Part shown: one piece after another, positions 19,401-29,802 of the stretch
Position numbering within the stretch: the stretch's first letter is position 1
How the letters are laid out: each line of letters starts with the position of its first letter
Assembly (NCBI GenBank): GCA_035577905.1
Contig: DATKAP010000095.1
Location: 17,153-81,152, forward strand
DNA: 64,000 bases
Source: Candidatus Binatia bacterium
GTDB taxonomy: Bacteria > Acidobacteriota > Terriglobia > Terriglobales > Acidobacteriaceae
Reading direction: 5' to 3'
Notes under the pieces: model-generated
Told to the model about the DNA's origin: nothing
Database searches by the model: none
Seen by the model: the letters and a program-made list of their open reading frames with translations, nothing else
Program-made: the position numbers and the translations under genes

Positions 19401-20396
19401 CTAACGCTGCGCCTGTTGGAGGATGGGACGAAGCGACTCCACCGAGACGCCGAGCGTGCCGCCGGAGAATCCGTCCATGTAGGCGGAGTTGACGCCGATG
19501 ACTTCCCCGTTGGAGTTGAAGACGGGACCGCCGCTGCCGCCGTGAGCGGTGGGCGCGTCGTAGATTAGCTTGTCGCCGACTACGTCGCCGAGGTGACCAC
19601 AAGTCGTGGAGGGACGAATCAGCGAGAGGGCAGCCAATTCGCTGGCCGCATTGATGTCGTTGTGGCGGTAAGCGAGACGCTCGTAGATTCCAGACGGGGA
19701 TTTAGCCACCATGCCGGCAATGCCCATCGGATAGCCGATCACCGTGACGAGTTGTCCGGGGTTCCCGGGTGACTTGGCGAGGGGCAGCGGCGGCAATCCG
19801 CGGACGGCATTCGCGTCTTCCGGACGGAGCACCGCAAGGTCGGAAGTCTTCGACACGGTGCCGGGCACAAGATTCACAGGTGTCGGAGAGCCGGGGAAAA
19901 AGATCACCAAATTCTCAATTGTGCCCAGGGCTCCCTCTTCGATCAGGCGTTGAGCTTCGGAGTCTCCGTACCATGGCTCGGCAACGTGGCGGTTTGTGGC
20001 GACCAAGCCATTACCAATCAGAAAGCCGGTACCCGAAACACGTGCGCGGATGCTGGGGCGATGGTTTGGGAATCCGATCTGATACACGCCGTAGATGTAG
20101 CCGATTGAATTGCGATAGCGATTGAGCACGACGGCAGGCATCGACTGCTCTTGCTTGAGTTGCTCGACTTCGGCCGTAAGTTCGTGCACCCGCTTCTGCA
20201 GATCGTCGGCAGGAATGCCCTGCGTGGCCATCCGCCCGTAGTAGTGAACCATGGCCAGCGCGCCGATCAGCATCATGACCGCGAGAACGCCCTGGATCAT
20301 CTGCTGCCAACTGTCACAAACGATGGTAGATTCCTGCGAAGTTCCGGGGTTCGGGGCAGGGTCGGGAGGAACGGGCTGGTTGTCGTTCTCGGCCAT
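19401..20396 (-). CDS. Membrane-anchored trypsin-like (S1/HtrA-type, no PDZ) serine peptidase
   Basis: TM helix GVLAVMMLIGALAMV plus a short coiled coil. Catalytic-triad contexts LVATNRHV, DLAVLR and GGSGGPVFNSNGEVIGV. Confidence 0.8.
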   Translation of the reverse strand: MAENDNQPVPPDPAPNPGTSQESTIVCDSWQQMIQGVLAVMMLIGALAMVHYYGRMATQGIPADDLQKRVHELTAEVEQLKQEQSMPAVVLNRYRNSIGYIYGVYQIGFPNHRPSIRARVSGTGFLIGNGLVATNRHVAEPWYGDSEAQRLIEEGALGTIENLVIFFPGSPTPVNLVPGTVSKTSDLAVLRPEDANAVRGLPPLPLAKSPGNPGQLVTVIGYPMGIAGMVAKSPSGIYERLAYRHNDINAASELAALSLIRPSTTCGHLGDVVGDKLIYDAPTAHGGSGGPVFNSNGEVIGVNSAYMDGFSGGTLGVSVESLRPILQQAQR

Positions 20397-20640
20397 GAGT
20401 CGGGCAGATGCTATTTGCCTGGAGTCGTTATCATCGCCCGAGGCGAGAGCAAATCGCTACGGTACCGAAGGGGATGTACGGCGGTTATGTAGCCGCGTAC
20501 GTCTCGTCAGGGGTTGCGCGGGGCGCAATGAACACGTCCGAGCCGGGCAGACATCTTGGGCGACCCATCCCGTTGCTGTGCGGCGTTTTACCAGACGCAC
20601 GTGAACCGGGCGTTTGGGGAGCACCCAAGCGTGTGGACTC

Positions 20641-20707
20641 GTCGCTTCGCGACTCGGGGCGGACCCTTCGACTAGGCTCAGGGCAGGCTGAGGCGTCCGC
20701 CCCTACA
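20641..20707 (+). repeat. REP-like element (type A) with hairpin arms split by a 30-nt insertion
   Basis: GTCGCTTCGCGACTC, then GGGGCGGAC (20656-20664), then 30 nt, then GTCCGCCCC (20695-20703), then TACA. It abuts the stop codon of the glutaredoxin-like gene (20708). Confidence 0.6.
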
Positions 20708-20965
20708 TTAGGGGTTGTTTATGCCGAGGATTTCGGCCATTTCCTCGTAGAGAAAGCCTTCGCCGGGGCGGTAGGGCTGGACCCATCGGCCATCAATCAC
20801 GAACTGCGGAATGGCTCTTTTGCCCGTGCAGCGAATGACCTCGTCTGCGGCACCGGGCGTGGTTTCAATGTCGATTTCTTTGAAAGGGATGTTGTGCTTC
20901 GCGAGGAAGCGCTTGGCGGTCCGGCAGTCCGGGCACCAGAAGGCGGAGTAGAGCATGATCTCCAT
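20708..20965 (-). CDS. Glutaredoxin/NrdH-like thioredoxin-fold protein
   Basis: MEIMLYSAFWCPDCRTAKRFLAKHNIPFKEIDIE...AIPQFVIDG contains a CPDC active site. Start placed at internal ATG 20965, but the ORF extends to 20992, so the start is uncertain. Confidence 0.75.
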   Translation of the reverse strand: MEIMLYSAFWCPDCRTAKRFLAKHNIPFKEIDIETTPGAADEVIRCTGKRAIPQFVIDGRWVQPYRPGEGFLYEEMAEILGINNP

Positions 20966-21012
20966 TAGAGGAGATTTAACCACAGAGGGCAAGGAGGGCC
21001 CCAGGGAAATCC

Positions 21013-21375
21013 CTAGACCCTCTCCAGCTCGCGGTGCGTGCGCTCGTTGACTACGTTTCCGGTATTCAAAGTTGAAGCCGGTTCAAACAGAAGGAACCAG
21101 CACTCTTCCTCGGCGACCGGCTTGTGCTCTACGCCGCGGGGGACAACGATGAACTCGCCCTCTTCCACCCACTCATGCGGACGATCGCGAAACTCCATGC
21201 GAAAGCGGCCCTTGACCACCAGGAAAAGTTCGTCTTCGTGGTCGTGATGGTGGAAAACGAATTCGCCCTTGATCTTGTCGAGCTTCACATGCTGGCCGTT
21301 CAGCTCGGCGGCGATGTAGGGCTTCCAGTACTCGGAGATCTTGGAGAATTTTTCGGCGATGTTGATTTTTTGCAT
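21013..21375 (-). CDS. Cupin domain protein
   Basis: Internal ATG 21375 (MQKINIAEKF...). Cupin motifs HHHDHEDELFLVVKG and FIVVPRGVEHKP. Confidence 0.75.
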   Translation of the reverse strand: MQKINIAEKFSKISEYWKPYIAAELNGQHVKLDKIKGEFVFHHHDHEDELFLVVKGRFRMEFRDRPHEWVEEGEFIVVPRGVEHKPVAEEECWFLLFEPASTLNTGNVVNERTHRELERV

Positions 21376-21508
21376 GCCAGTGGGATTGCGGGGATCGCGG
21401 GAAGTCGCAAAGAATTTGCCGGGGGGGCGGGCCGTGTGTCCGGAGTTGCACCAAGGAGGATTGCAGATTGACAGCGTTCCGGGTGACACACGCTGGCGGC
21501 ACAAACAA

Positions 21509-22456
21509 TTAGAACCCTGGGGTGCCTTGGGCTACGTGTCCGCTGTGCAATGAGACGCGCACACCGCGTTGATTGTTTAGCTTGGTTGTTGTTGTCCAGT
21601 CGATGTCGTCGGTGCTGATGACACCCGTGCCGCCACCAACCAGCGTGTATGTGATACGGCTGTCGGAGTAGCCATATCCGCTGACCGACAACGTGGCTCC
21701 GCTGTTCAAAACGAACACCGGCATGCCGGGCGCGCCGTCAACGTTCGAGGGTACATCGCGCGTCACCAGGCTGGCATAGTTGACTTGCGGCCCCGAAGAA
21801 TCGCCTGCCGGGCGAAGCGTCAACTGCTGACGATTGTCGCTGGCCTGAGAGTCGCTCAAACGCTCATTCTGGAAACGTCCAAAGAAGTGCCAGCCAGGGC
21901 CGTAGGTCTGGGCCACTTGCGGGATCTGGACGTCGTCCATGAGTCGCAGGCTCAAGACGGTCTCACCTTTCAGTGTCGGGCGTGGGCCGCGCGCTGGCAG
22001 CATGATGAGCTTCTCCGGCCACAGCGGCGGGAGCATCCATTCCACAACATCGCGCTTGGGATGACCTTTGCCATCGACCTTGCCTTGCTTGTCGACTTTG
22101 TAGCCGCGGGTGGCAATGACCTTGGCTTCCAGGGGAAGATCGCCGCTCGGAACTCCGATGCGATCGAACTGGACTTTGAGATATCCCTTACCGACGAAAT
22201 GGCCAGGATCTTTTTCCGCTTCAATATGGCCAACCAGATAACTTCCGCGCGGGAAGGCTTGCTGGCCGAATTCGGTGAGCGAGCGAAGATGACACAGAAC
22301 GGGATCGCCGATGTCGACCGTGGCGGATGAGAGGTTGGGCTCATTCAAAGTGCACTGCAACAGAGTGCCAGCGGGCACGACGATATCGCGGGCGCCGGCG
22401 CTCAGAGTGAAAGCAAGAATGGAAACCAGGAGAGAGAACAACAACCTATGCTTCAT
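21509..22456 (-). CDS. Hypothetical secreted protein
   Basis: Clear signal peptide MKHRLLFSLLVSILAFTLSAGA. 315-aa ORF with normal composition. No domain recognised with confidence. Confidence 0.6.
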   Translation of the reverse strand: MKHRLLFSLLVSILAFTLSAGARDIVVPAGTLLQCTLNEPNLSSATVDIGDPVLCHLRSLTEFGQQAFPRGSYLVGHIEAEKDPGHFVGKGYLKVQFDRIGVPSGDLPLEAKVIATRGYKVDKQGKVDGKGHPKRDVVEWMLPPLWPEKLIMLPARGPRPTLKGETVLSLRLMDDVQIPQVAQTYGPGWHFFGRFQNERLSDSQASDNRQQLTLRPAGDSSGPQVNYASLVTRDVPSNVDGAPGMPVFVLNSGATLSVSGYGYSDSRITYTLVGGGTGVISTDDIDWTTTTKLNNQRGVRVSLHSGHVAQGTPGF

Positions 22457-22737
22457 ACTTCACCTCTGTCGCACGCCCCTTTGGTTCAGTCGCGCAGCAG
22501 GGCCGAGTGGCGACATGTTTCGGGCATCTCATCACAGCTTTGTTGTCGAGTCAACAAGATTCACGCGGGTTTCCGCGCCCAGCAAGGGTTTCAGACGATC
22601 GACAGTGGCAGACGGCCAGGGGGTGGTTGAAAACCACCACTTTTGGCTTCACCCCGCAGGGGAATTTGACGGCGGACCTTCGTCGAGGTTGCGCGCAAGG
22701 CTGAGACGCCGGCTTGGGCGCGTGGGTGATACACGCT

Positions 22738-22789
22738 CCCCTTCGCTCTGCTCAGGGTCGCGGGGCGGACGAAGGCGTCCGCCCCTACA
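22738..22789 (+). repeat. REP-like element (type A), intact copy
   Basis: CCCTTCGCTCTGCTCAGGGTCGC, then GGGGCGGACG (22762-22771), AAGG, CGTCCGCCCC (22776-22785), then TACA. Perfect 10-bp stem, 8 nt from the stop of the M48-like gene. Confidence 0.7.
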
Positions 22790-22796
22790 AAGTGAT

Positions 22797-24497
22797 TTAC
22801 GGATTCGCCGCTGTGGCGTGCGCTTTTGGTGCGTCTTGTCGCTTGAGGTAGGGAAAAAACGGCGAGACCTCGAATGGTCTTTTCTCGGCGGCCGATTCCA
22901 AGGGTGGCAACTTGGTCTTTGCCATCTCGATTCTGTCGGACCAGGGATCCATCTTGATGCGTGAACCGAGTGGCAGAGCAGCGATCTGATCGGGCTGATC
23001 CATTCGCAGGCGCTTTGGAGCCTTGGAAACGGCCTGCATTCCGACCAGGTGACTGCTACCGAAATCATTGCTGAATCGAGCGCGCAGAAGGTTGGGCAAC
23101 TGCGGAGAGCGCGCCTCGAGAGCTTGCAGAAACAGGGCTACGCTGCCGAGTTGGTTGTCGTACGGTGATTGCGAGAACAGTTCCTGGCCTTTCTTGTCAG
23201 CCTCCGCTTCCTTGACCGGATCGAAATGGAAATCAAGTTTCGTAAAAATCTCCAGGTCGGAAAAGGGCAAGTTGAACTGCGAAGAATTTTCCGCACCGAG
23301 CGAGTGACGCAAAACGATATGCGCAAGTTCGTGCGCGAGAACGGCAGCCAGCGTGGCCTCGTCTGGCAAGACGTCAAGCAGTCCACGACTCACGACGATG
23401 GTTCGTCCGACGACGAACGATTCCAGCGGCGTTGTGAGCAATACGCGGCAGCGAACGCCGGCGAGATCAAGATTGTTGGTGATCAGGAGATTGTTGACGA
23501 CAGTCTCCAGGACTCGGTCAACTTCGCCGTCGGGCGCCATCAGTCCGGCGAGTTGGAGGCGCTCCACTACATCGTCTTCCGGTGTGTAGGTTGTGGCGCC
23601 CAAGCTCAATTGCGGACTCAGACTCTGCGAAGCTTCGTGCCGATTGGGATTGGCCGCGGCGGGATTGTCGGTGAGAGGTTTCGCGTACTCGTGGTGGTCG
23701 CCAGCTTGCTGCACATCGTAGCCCCAGATACGCGTCTGCGCCTTGAACCAGAGGCCCTGGCTGGAAGAGTCATGTGGATCAGACTCCTCGGTATATACGT
23801 ACGCGGGCATCCACGTAATGCCCAGCGTGTTCAAACGCCAGCTATCAAAATGGAATGAGCGCCTGGAATAAGCTTTCGAGGTATAGCTTCCCGTGAAGCG
23901 GACGATGTTATAGTCCTGATCTTCAACCCAGATCCGTCCTAAAAAGCCGCGATTGGAAGAATTCTCGCGTGGCATTACATCGATGACTCCACAACGGACA
24001 TCGCCCAGAACTTCCCAGCGGACGAATTTGAAGAGATAGTTTTGACGGTCGAAATGCTCCAGATCCGGGAAAACTGACTGGGCGAAGCCAACGGCGGCAA
24101 AAGTCTGGTCTCCTCTGAGTAATTTCTTTTCCTTTTCGAACTTCGAGTGCTCTGGATTTTCGAATTCCCGATTGGCCGGAGCGTCGCCGGTCAGGTCGAG
24201 GCGGCTCAAGAAATATTGATCGTTTTTGGGTGAGGTCTGAACCTGCGAGTCGTGCTTTTGTTCCTGGATATAGGTCTCCACCACCGGCTTGAAGTAGCGC
24301 ATCGCTTCGGCCAAGCGTCGCTCCTGCAGGATTGCAGAATCGACAAACTCCTCGAAAGTGACGCCTTTTCGGGGAGGGGGTTGGGGCGATTTCGCCGCCG
24401 GTTGCGATGCAGGTGGCGGGCCTTGCGCTGCGACGGGCCAGGCGAGGAGCAGCCCGAAGAGCCCGCCGAGTGACCTCAATTTCGTCCGCCCGAGCAT
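22797..24497 (-). CDS. Secreted M48-like zinc metallopeptidase domain protein
   Basis: Signal peptide LGGLFGLLLAWPVAAQ. Motif AAVLAHELAHIVLRHS (HExxH in an M48-type context). Confidence 0.7.
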   Translation of the reverse strand: MLGRTKLRSLGGLFGLLLAWPVAAQGPPPASQPAAKSPQPPPRKGVTFEEFVDSAILQERRLAEAMRYFKPVVETYIQEQKHDSQVQTSPKNDQYFLSRLDLTGDAPANREFENPEHSKFEKEKKLLRGDQTFAAVGFAQSVFPDLEHFDRQNYLFKFVRWEVLGDVRCGVIDVMPRENSSNRGFLGRIWVEDQDYNIVRFTGSYTSKAYSRRSFHFDSWRLNTLGITWMPAYVYTEESDPHDSSSQGLWFKAQTRIWGYDVQQAGDHHEYAKPLTDNPAAANPNRHEASQSLSPQLSLGATTYTPEDDVVERLQLAGLMAPDGEVDRVLETVVNNLLITNNLDLAGVRCRVLLTTPLESFVVGRTIVVSRGLLDVLPDEATLAAVLAHELAHIVLRHSLGAENSSQFNLPFSDLEIFTKLDFHFDPVKEAEADKKGQELFSQSPYDNQLGSVALFLQALEARSPQLPNLLRARFSNDFGSSHLVGMQAVSKAPKRLRMDQPDQIAALPLGSRIKMDPWSDRIEMAKTKLPPLESAAEKRPFEVSPFFPYLKRQDAPKAHATAANP

Positions 24498-24642
24498 TTG
24501 GAACTAGTTTAAATCTTTCGGGAGTGCGGGATGTCTCCGGTAGGTCATCGTTCAGGAGGAGCGATGCAGGCGGGCCGGAATCGGTGAGCGACTTTTGGCG
24601 ATGCAGCTTTCGTCACGCGTCGCGTTGCTCCGCGGCTGAACA

Positions 24643-24682
24643 GTCGCTTCGCTCGGGACGGACGAAGGCGTCCGTCCCGACA
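24643..24682 (+). repeat. REP-like element (type A), intact copy with compensatory arm changes
   Basis: GTCGCTTCGCTC, then GGGACGGACG (24655-24664), AAGG, CGTCCGTCCC (24669-24678), then GACA. The stem extends to 12 bp (24653-24680). It ends 5 nt from the clpC stop. Confidence 0.7.
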
Positions 24683-24686
24683 CAAG

Positions 24687-27131
24687 CTAATTTTCGTACA
24701 GCAGGACTCCTTCCGCCTTTTCTGAATCTACCGGGCGGTAGAAGAGCTTGTTGTCTTCAAGGAAGACCTCGATGAACGCGGGGCGGGTGGTGATGGTGCC
24801 CTGGATCAGCGCCTCGGACAGCGGGTCTTCGATGTATTTTTGCAGAGCTCTGCGCAGCGGACGGGCTCCGTAGCTGCGGTCGGTCAAGGTCTGGTTGAGG
24901 ATCCACTTCTTGGCTTCGTCCGCTACCGTGACCGTGATCGACTTCTGCGCCAGGTTCTGATTGAGTTGCGTCACCATCAGTTCGAGAATCTGGATGAGGT
25001 CGGTCTCGCCCAAGGCGTTGAACAGGATGATCTCGTCCAAGCGGTTCAGGAACTCGGGATTGAAGGTGCGCTTGACTTCGTTCTTCACGAGGTCTTCGAC
25101 CTTCTCGGAGATCATCTCTTCCTTCGACGACTGGAAGCCGAGGCCCTCGCGTTTCTGCAAGTGCCGGGCGCCGATGTTCGAAGTCATGATGATGATCGTG
25201 TTTTTGAAATCGACTGTGTTGCCAAGGCCGTCGGTCAGCTGACCGTCTTCAAAGACCTGCAGCAGGATGTTGAATACATCCGGATGTGCCTTCTCGATTT
25301 CGTCGAGCAGGACCACGCTGTAGGGTGCGCGCTTGACACGCTCGGTGAGCTGTCCGCCCTCTTCGTAGCCAACGTACCCCGGAGGCGAGCCGATCAGCTT
25401 CGAGACGGAGTGCTTTTCCATGAACTCCGACATATCGAAGCGGACCAGGGCTTTCTCGGTGCCGAACATGAACTGCGCCAGTGTGCGCGCGACTTCGGTC
25501 TTGCCGACGCCGGTGGGCCCGAGGAACAGGAACGAGCCGATGGGGCGGTTCGGATTCTTCAGGCCGGCGCGCGAGCGGCGGATGGCGCGAGCCAGAGCGC
25601 TGATCGACTTATCCTGCGAAATGATCCGCTTGTGCAGCTCTTCTTCAATGCGAAGCAGCTTCTGCGTTTCCTCTTCCTTGATCGAGGTGACGGGCACGCC
25701 GGTCCACCGCGAGACGACATCTTCGATGTCCTCGCGGTTGACCACCCCGGTGGAAGACTCATCGAGATGATATTTCTCGCGCAGGGCGCGCAGGTTCTCG
25801 CGCTCCTTGCGTTCTTCGTCGGAGTAAAAGCGCGCCTTCTCGAACTCGTGATTCGCAATGGCATTCTCCATGCGGTGCACGATGAACTTGATGCGCTTCT
25901 GGACTTCCGTCAGCTCTTCGGGCAGAGAAGTCTGGCGCAGCTTTACGCGGGCACCAGCTTCGTCGACCAGGTCGATGGCCTTGTCGGGCAGGAACCGGTC
26001 CGGGATGTAGCGATTCGAGTGCGAAACTGCGAAGTTGATCGCCTCGTCGGTGTAGGTGACCGCGTGAAATTTCTCGTAGCGGTCCTTGATTCCGAAGAGG
26101 ATCTTGATCGCATCCGCCTCGTTCGGCGGAGGAACCTTAACAGCCTGGAAGCGGCGCTCGAGGGAACGATCTTTTTCGATCGACTTGCGGTATTCACCCG
26201 GAGTCGTGGCGCCGATGCACTGAATCTCGCCGCGGCTAAGGGCGGGCTTCAGGATGTTGGCGGCATCGAGCGATCCCTCGGCTGATCCGGCTCCGACGAG
26301 CGTGTGCAGTTCGTCGATGAAGATGATGGAATTCTGCGACTCCATCAATTCCTTCATGATGGTCTTCAGCCGCTCTTCGAACTGGCCGCGATACTTGGTG
26401 CCGGCCACAATGAGCGAAAGATCGAGAGCCAGAATTCTTTTATCTGCGAGGAACGAAGGAACTTCGCCGTCGGCGATACGCTGAGCCAAGCCTTCAACGA
26501 TGGCGGTCTTTCCAACACCGGGTTCACCTATCAGCACCGGATTGTTTTTTGTGCGGCGGCACAGAATTTGGATGACGCGGTCGACTTCGCCTTCGCGGCC
26601 CACCAGCGGATCGAGCTGGCTATCCATGGCGGCCTGGGTCAAATCACGCGAAAACTCCGCCAGCAGCGAACTTTCACGCTGCCGCTGCGGCTGAGCTTTC
26701 TCCTGAGTGGTTCGCGCAAGCTCTTCCCGGATGGTGGAAAGCCTCAGGCCCCGCTCGTGCAGGATCTCGGCGGCGAAGCACTTCTCTTCTCGTAATAGAC
26801 CCAAGAGCAAGTGCTCGGTGCCGATGTGGCGGTGCGAGAGCCGTTCCGCTTCCTCGGCGGCGTACGCCAGAACTCGTTTGCATTCATTACTTAGCGGGAG
26901 ATCGACGGAAGTCGAAACCTTCTCGCGAATGGTGGTGTGTCCTTCGATCTGCTTGCGGATCGATTCGACGGAGGCGTGCGAGCGCAGGAAGCGATTGGTC
27001 AGGGCCTTGTCTTCACGCAGGAGCCCTAACAGGAGGTGCTCCGTCTCTATATAAGGAGACCCGAACTGGCTGGCCTCGTAGCGTGCGAAAAAGATGACGC
27101 GCCTGGCTTTCTCCGTATAGCGTTCAAACAT
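24687..27131 (-). CDS. clpC: ATP-dependent Clp protease ATP-binding subunit ClpC (class I AAA+)
   Basis: Clp_N repeats ([20 protein letters not shown]..., [12 protein letters not shown] twice). Two Walker A sites ([16 protein letters not shown]). UVR-like linker. Confidence 0.95.
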   Translation of the reverse strand: MFERYTEKARRVIFFARYEASQFGSPYIETEHLLLGLLREDKALTNRFLRSHASVESIRKQIEGHTTIREKVSTSVDLPLSNECKRVLAYAAEEAERLSHRHIGTEHLLLGLLREEKCFAAEILHERGLRLSTIREELARTTQEKAQPQRQRESSLLAEFSRDLTQAAMDSQLDPLVGREGEVDRVIQILCRRTKNNPVLIGEPGVGKTAIVEGLAQRIADGEVPSFLADKRILALDLSLIVAGTKYRGQFEERLKTIMKELMESQNSIIFIDELHTLVGAGSAEGSLDAANILKPALSRGEIQCIGATTPGEYRKSIEKDRSLERRFQAVKVPPPNEADAIKILFGIKDRYEKFHAVTYTDEAINFAVSHSNRYIPDRFLPDKAIDLVDEAGARVKLRQTSLPEELTEVQKRIKFIVHRMENAIANHEFEKARFYSDEERKERENLRALREKYHLDESSTGVVNREDIEDVVSRWTGVPVTSIKEEETQKLLRIEEELHKRIISQDKSISALARAIRRSRAGLKNPNRPIGSFLFLGPTGVGKTEVARTLAQFMFGTEKALVRFDMSEFMEKHSVSKLIGSPPGYVGYEEGGQLTERVKRAPYSVVLLDEIEKAHPDVFNILLQVFEDGQLTDGLGNTVDFKNTIIIMTSNIGARHLQKREGLGFQSSKEEMISEKVEDLVKNEVKRTFNPEFLNRLDEIILFNALGETDLIQILELMVTQLNQNLAQKSITVTVADEAKKWILNQTLTDRSYGARPLRRALQKYIEDPLSEALIQGTITTRPAFIEVFLEDNKLFYRPVDSEKAEGVLLYEN

Positions 27132-27406
27132 ATGCCCCTTTGACCTTCCTGGGTGGGGAGGAGGTCTCCCGACCCTGAAGCTGGACCAGAGCGCGCTTAC
27201 ACCCGGTCCGTCCTTATTCTAGTCCCCACATTATGCAATCAAAAGGCCAAGGAACCCAAGCCCAGAAATCCGGGGTCCATCCCTCTGATTACGTTACCGA
27301 AGGAATCCTCCCGATCCCTGCGGGTCTTGCGGCTGAAGCACTGACTTGCACTTTGTCAGACTAAAGTTTCTTCCTAAATAATATTGCGTCTCACGGCCAG
27401 AACGTT

Positions 27407-28141
27407 TCAAGCCGGAAGCGAATCCGGCGAAATCTCCTCTGCGCGGCCTCGCTGCAACCGCAAAACGCGATGACAACGTCTGGCAAATGACAGATTATGC
27501 GTTGCAATGAGGGAGGTAAGCTGGTGCTCGCGATGGAGTCGGGCTATCAATGCAAAAACGGCTTCCGCAGTCTGTCCGTCCAAGTCTCCCGTGGGCTCAT
27601 CGGCTAGCAAAAGCTTGGGACCAGTGATGAGCGCCCGGGCCAGAGCCACCCGCTGCTGCTCACCGCCGGAAAGCTCTCCGGAACGATGATGCGCGCGTTG
27701 CTCCAATCCGACCTCACGCAACCAGCGTGAAGCATGCGGTTCTGCCTGCTGCCATGACTCTCCCCGAAGCAACAACGGCATGGCAACATTCTCCACTGCT
27801 GTGAACTCCGGCAGCAGGTAGTGAAACTGCCATACGAAGCCGGTCTCCCGATTGCGAAAACCCGCGGCTTCGTCGTGGGACAACGAGTTCAATCGCAAGT
27901 TGGCGCAGTATACGTCACCTGCGGAAGCACGATCAAGCGCGCTCAGGATGTGTAGCAAAGTACTCTTCCCCGCACCAGATTCTCCCACAATGGCGAGCAT
28001 CTCTCCTTGCTTCACCTCAAACGACAGATTCTCAAAGAGCACAAGATCCGACTCGCCAGAGCGGAAAACCTTCTTCAAGCCTTCGACTCGAAGCATTGGA
28101 TCGTCATTCTTTAGATGCATAATGTCTGGGTTTCGTTCCAA
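27407..28141 (-). CDS. lolD: Lipoprotein-releasing ABC transporter ATP-binding protein
   Basis: Walker A GESGAGKST, signature LSGGEQQRVALARAL, Walker B LLLADEPTGDLD. It lies next to a LolC/E-type permease. Alternative start at ATG 28120. Confidence 0.85.
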   Translation of the reverse strand: MERNPDIMHLKNDDPMLRVEGLKKVFRSGESDLVLFENLSFEVKQGEMLAIVGESGAGKSTLLHILSALDRASAGDVYCANLRLNSLSHDEAAGFRNRETGFVWQFHYLLPEFTAVENVAMPLLLRGESWQQAEPHASRWLREVGLEQRAHHRSGELSGGEQQRVALARALITGPKLLLADEPTGDLDGQTAEAVFALIARLHREHQLTSLIATHNLSFARRCHRVLRLQRGRAEEISPDSLPA

Positions 28142-28325
28142 GTGGCTGCCACCGTGGGGGTTGGCGGGTTGGAAACTACAGGCCGGGCAGTATTCATCGG
28201 GGTGCTCCCACGATACCCAAAAAACATAGCTTGGGGCGGAACTCCTTTATGTGATGAGGATCACTACAGTTAATGCAGGGACGGACGCCTCGTCCTGCGA
28301 TCCTGAGGAAGGGCTTGGGGAATCC

Positions 28326-28413
28326 TGGGTCCGCCCGCTGAGTTGTGACACGGCGTGCCGTCCTTGTTGGGATTGCGCTTCGCGCAACCCCGGACGAGGC
28401 GTCCGGGGCTACA
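28326..28413 (+). repeat. REP-like element (type B), inside the lolE-lolD spacer
   Basis: TGGGTCCGCCCG...TTGCGC-ttc-GCGCAA (28373-28387), then CCCCGGACG (28388-96), AGG, CGTCCGGGG (28400-08), then CTACA. The core is identical to the 30511 copy. Confidence 0.7.
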
Positions 28414-28437
28414 TCATCTCTACTCATAACGCAATCT

Positions 28438-29784
28438 CTATTCATAGCGCAGTGCCTCGGCTGGGAGGATTCTTGACGCTGACCACGAGGGGTAGAGCGT
28501 CGCTACAAAGGAAATCAACAACGCGAATCCCGCTACCCAGAGTCCGTCGACCATACGCGGCGCGAAAGGAACGTAGTCAATCGAATAGACCTCGGGCGAC
28601 AGCGAAATTACGTGGTAGTGACCGCCGGCATTCGCGATGGCATAGCCGAGGATCAGTCCTATCGCTGTGCCGATTACGCTGATTAACACTCCTTGGGCGA
28701 TGAAGACATTGCGTACTTGCCTGCGTCGCGTTCCCATCGACATGAGCACGGCTATGTCCTTGGTCTTCTCCATCACCATCATGATCAGGCTGATCAGAAT
28801 GTTGAGTGCGGCCACGAAAACGATCAGGCCGATGGTAATGAACGTTACCAGGCGCTCCAGACGTAGCGCGCGGAACAGGGCTTTGTTCTGCTCCATCCAG
28901 TTGGTCGCCATGAAGCCCTTGCCGGCGGCGTCTTCCAGTCCGCGAGAAACTTCCGGTGCTTTGTAGATGTCGTCGATCTTGAACTCAAGGACGGAAATCA
29001 GATCGCCCAAGCCAAACAGGCGCTGCGCATCGGAGAGGCGCGTGAAGGCCCAACTTGCGTCATAGTCGAAAAATCCCGAGTTGAAGATCCCGACGACCCG
29101 GAAACGGTTGTACTTGGGGACCATGCCGAAAGGCGTCAGCTCGCCCTGCGGGCTGGTGACGAGAACGACCGAGCCGACTGTGGCGCCGAGGTTCTCGGCC
29201 ATGTCTTTTCCGAGCACGATTGGCGGCATGGCGGCAACACGCTGCTGCACCCCTTGCAGCGAGTCGAGGGATTGCCCAGGGGCGGGAGCCCCTTCAATCC
29301 CGCTCAGAGCAGGCTGGTCCGTCGTTGTTGGGGGCGATGAAGCTGAGGGAGAGGGTTCCATCTCGAGTTCCGCCGACGAGCCCTGCGTTACCGAGTTCAG
29401 CAGATCTCCAACTTTTCTTTCGTACTTGGGGATCATTCCTTTGAGCACCGCGCCGCGGGCACGAGGCCCGCGTGAAATGAGAACCTGCTCGAAAATGGCT
29501 GGCGCTGCTGCCACCACGTGCGGCTCCTTCGAGAGTCGGTCCATGAGCGGGGGCCAATCTTTGATTCCATCGTCGGCAATGCGCTGCAAGCTGATGTGCG
29601 ACGTCGAGCCGAGCAAGCGCTGTTGCAGGTCCTGGCGAAAGCCATTGTTAATTGCGAGTGCTACGACGAGCGAGGCCACCCCGGCGGCGACTCCAGCAAT
29701 TGAGATCCCGGTGATGATTCCGATGAACGCCTGGCGGCGCTTTGCTCGCAGATATCGGGACGCAATGAAGAGTTCGAAGCGCAT
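28438..29784 (-). CDS. Lipoprotein-releasing ABC transporter permease (LolC/LolE, FtsX family)
   Basis: MRFELFIASRYLRAKRRQAFIGIITGISIAGVAAGV is the typical LolC/E N-terminus. A large periplasmic loop is followed by a C-terminal FtsX-type 3-TM bundle. Confidence 0.85.
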   Translation of the reverse strand: MRFELFIASRYLRAKRRQAFIGIITGISIAGVAAGVASLVVALAINNGFRQDLQQRLLGSTSHISLQRIADDGIKDWPPLMDRLSKEPHVVAAAPAIFEQVLISRGPRARGAVLKGMIPKYERKVGDLLNSVTQGSSAELEMEPSPSASSPPTTTDQPALSGIEGAPAPGQSLDSLQGVQQRVAAMPPIVLGKDMAENLGATVGSVVLVTSPQGELTPFGMVPKYNRFRVVGIFNSGFFDYDASWAFTRLSDAQRLFGLGDLISVLEFKIDDIYKAPEVSRGLEDAAGKGFMATNWMEQNKALFRALRLERLVTFITIGLIVFVAALNILISLIMMVMEKTKDIAVLMSMGTRRRQVRNVFIAQGVLISVIGTAIGLILGYAIANAGGHYHVISLSPEVYSIDYVPFAPRMVDGLWVAGFALLISFVATLYPSWSASRILPAEALRYE

Positions 29785-29802
29785 TGAGCAATGAGCTGGG
29801 AG

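Noticed and set aside
27132-27406. A CtsR box or CIRCE element upstream of clpC.
   Set aside because: There is only a single GGTCAAA heptad, and it overlaps the RBS region. There is no tandem CtsR repeat and no TTAGCACTC-N9-GAGTGCTAA palindrome. These operators are also not expected in this lineage.
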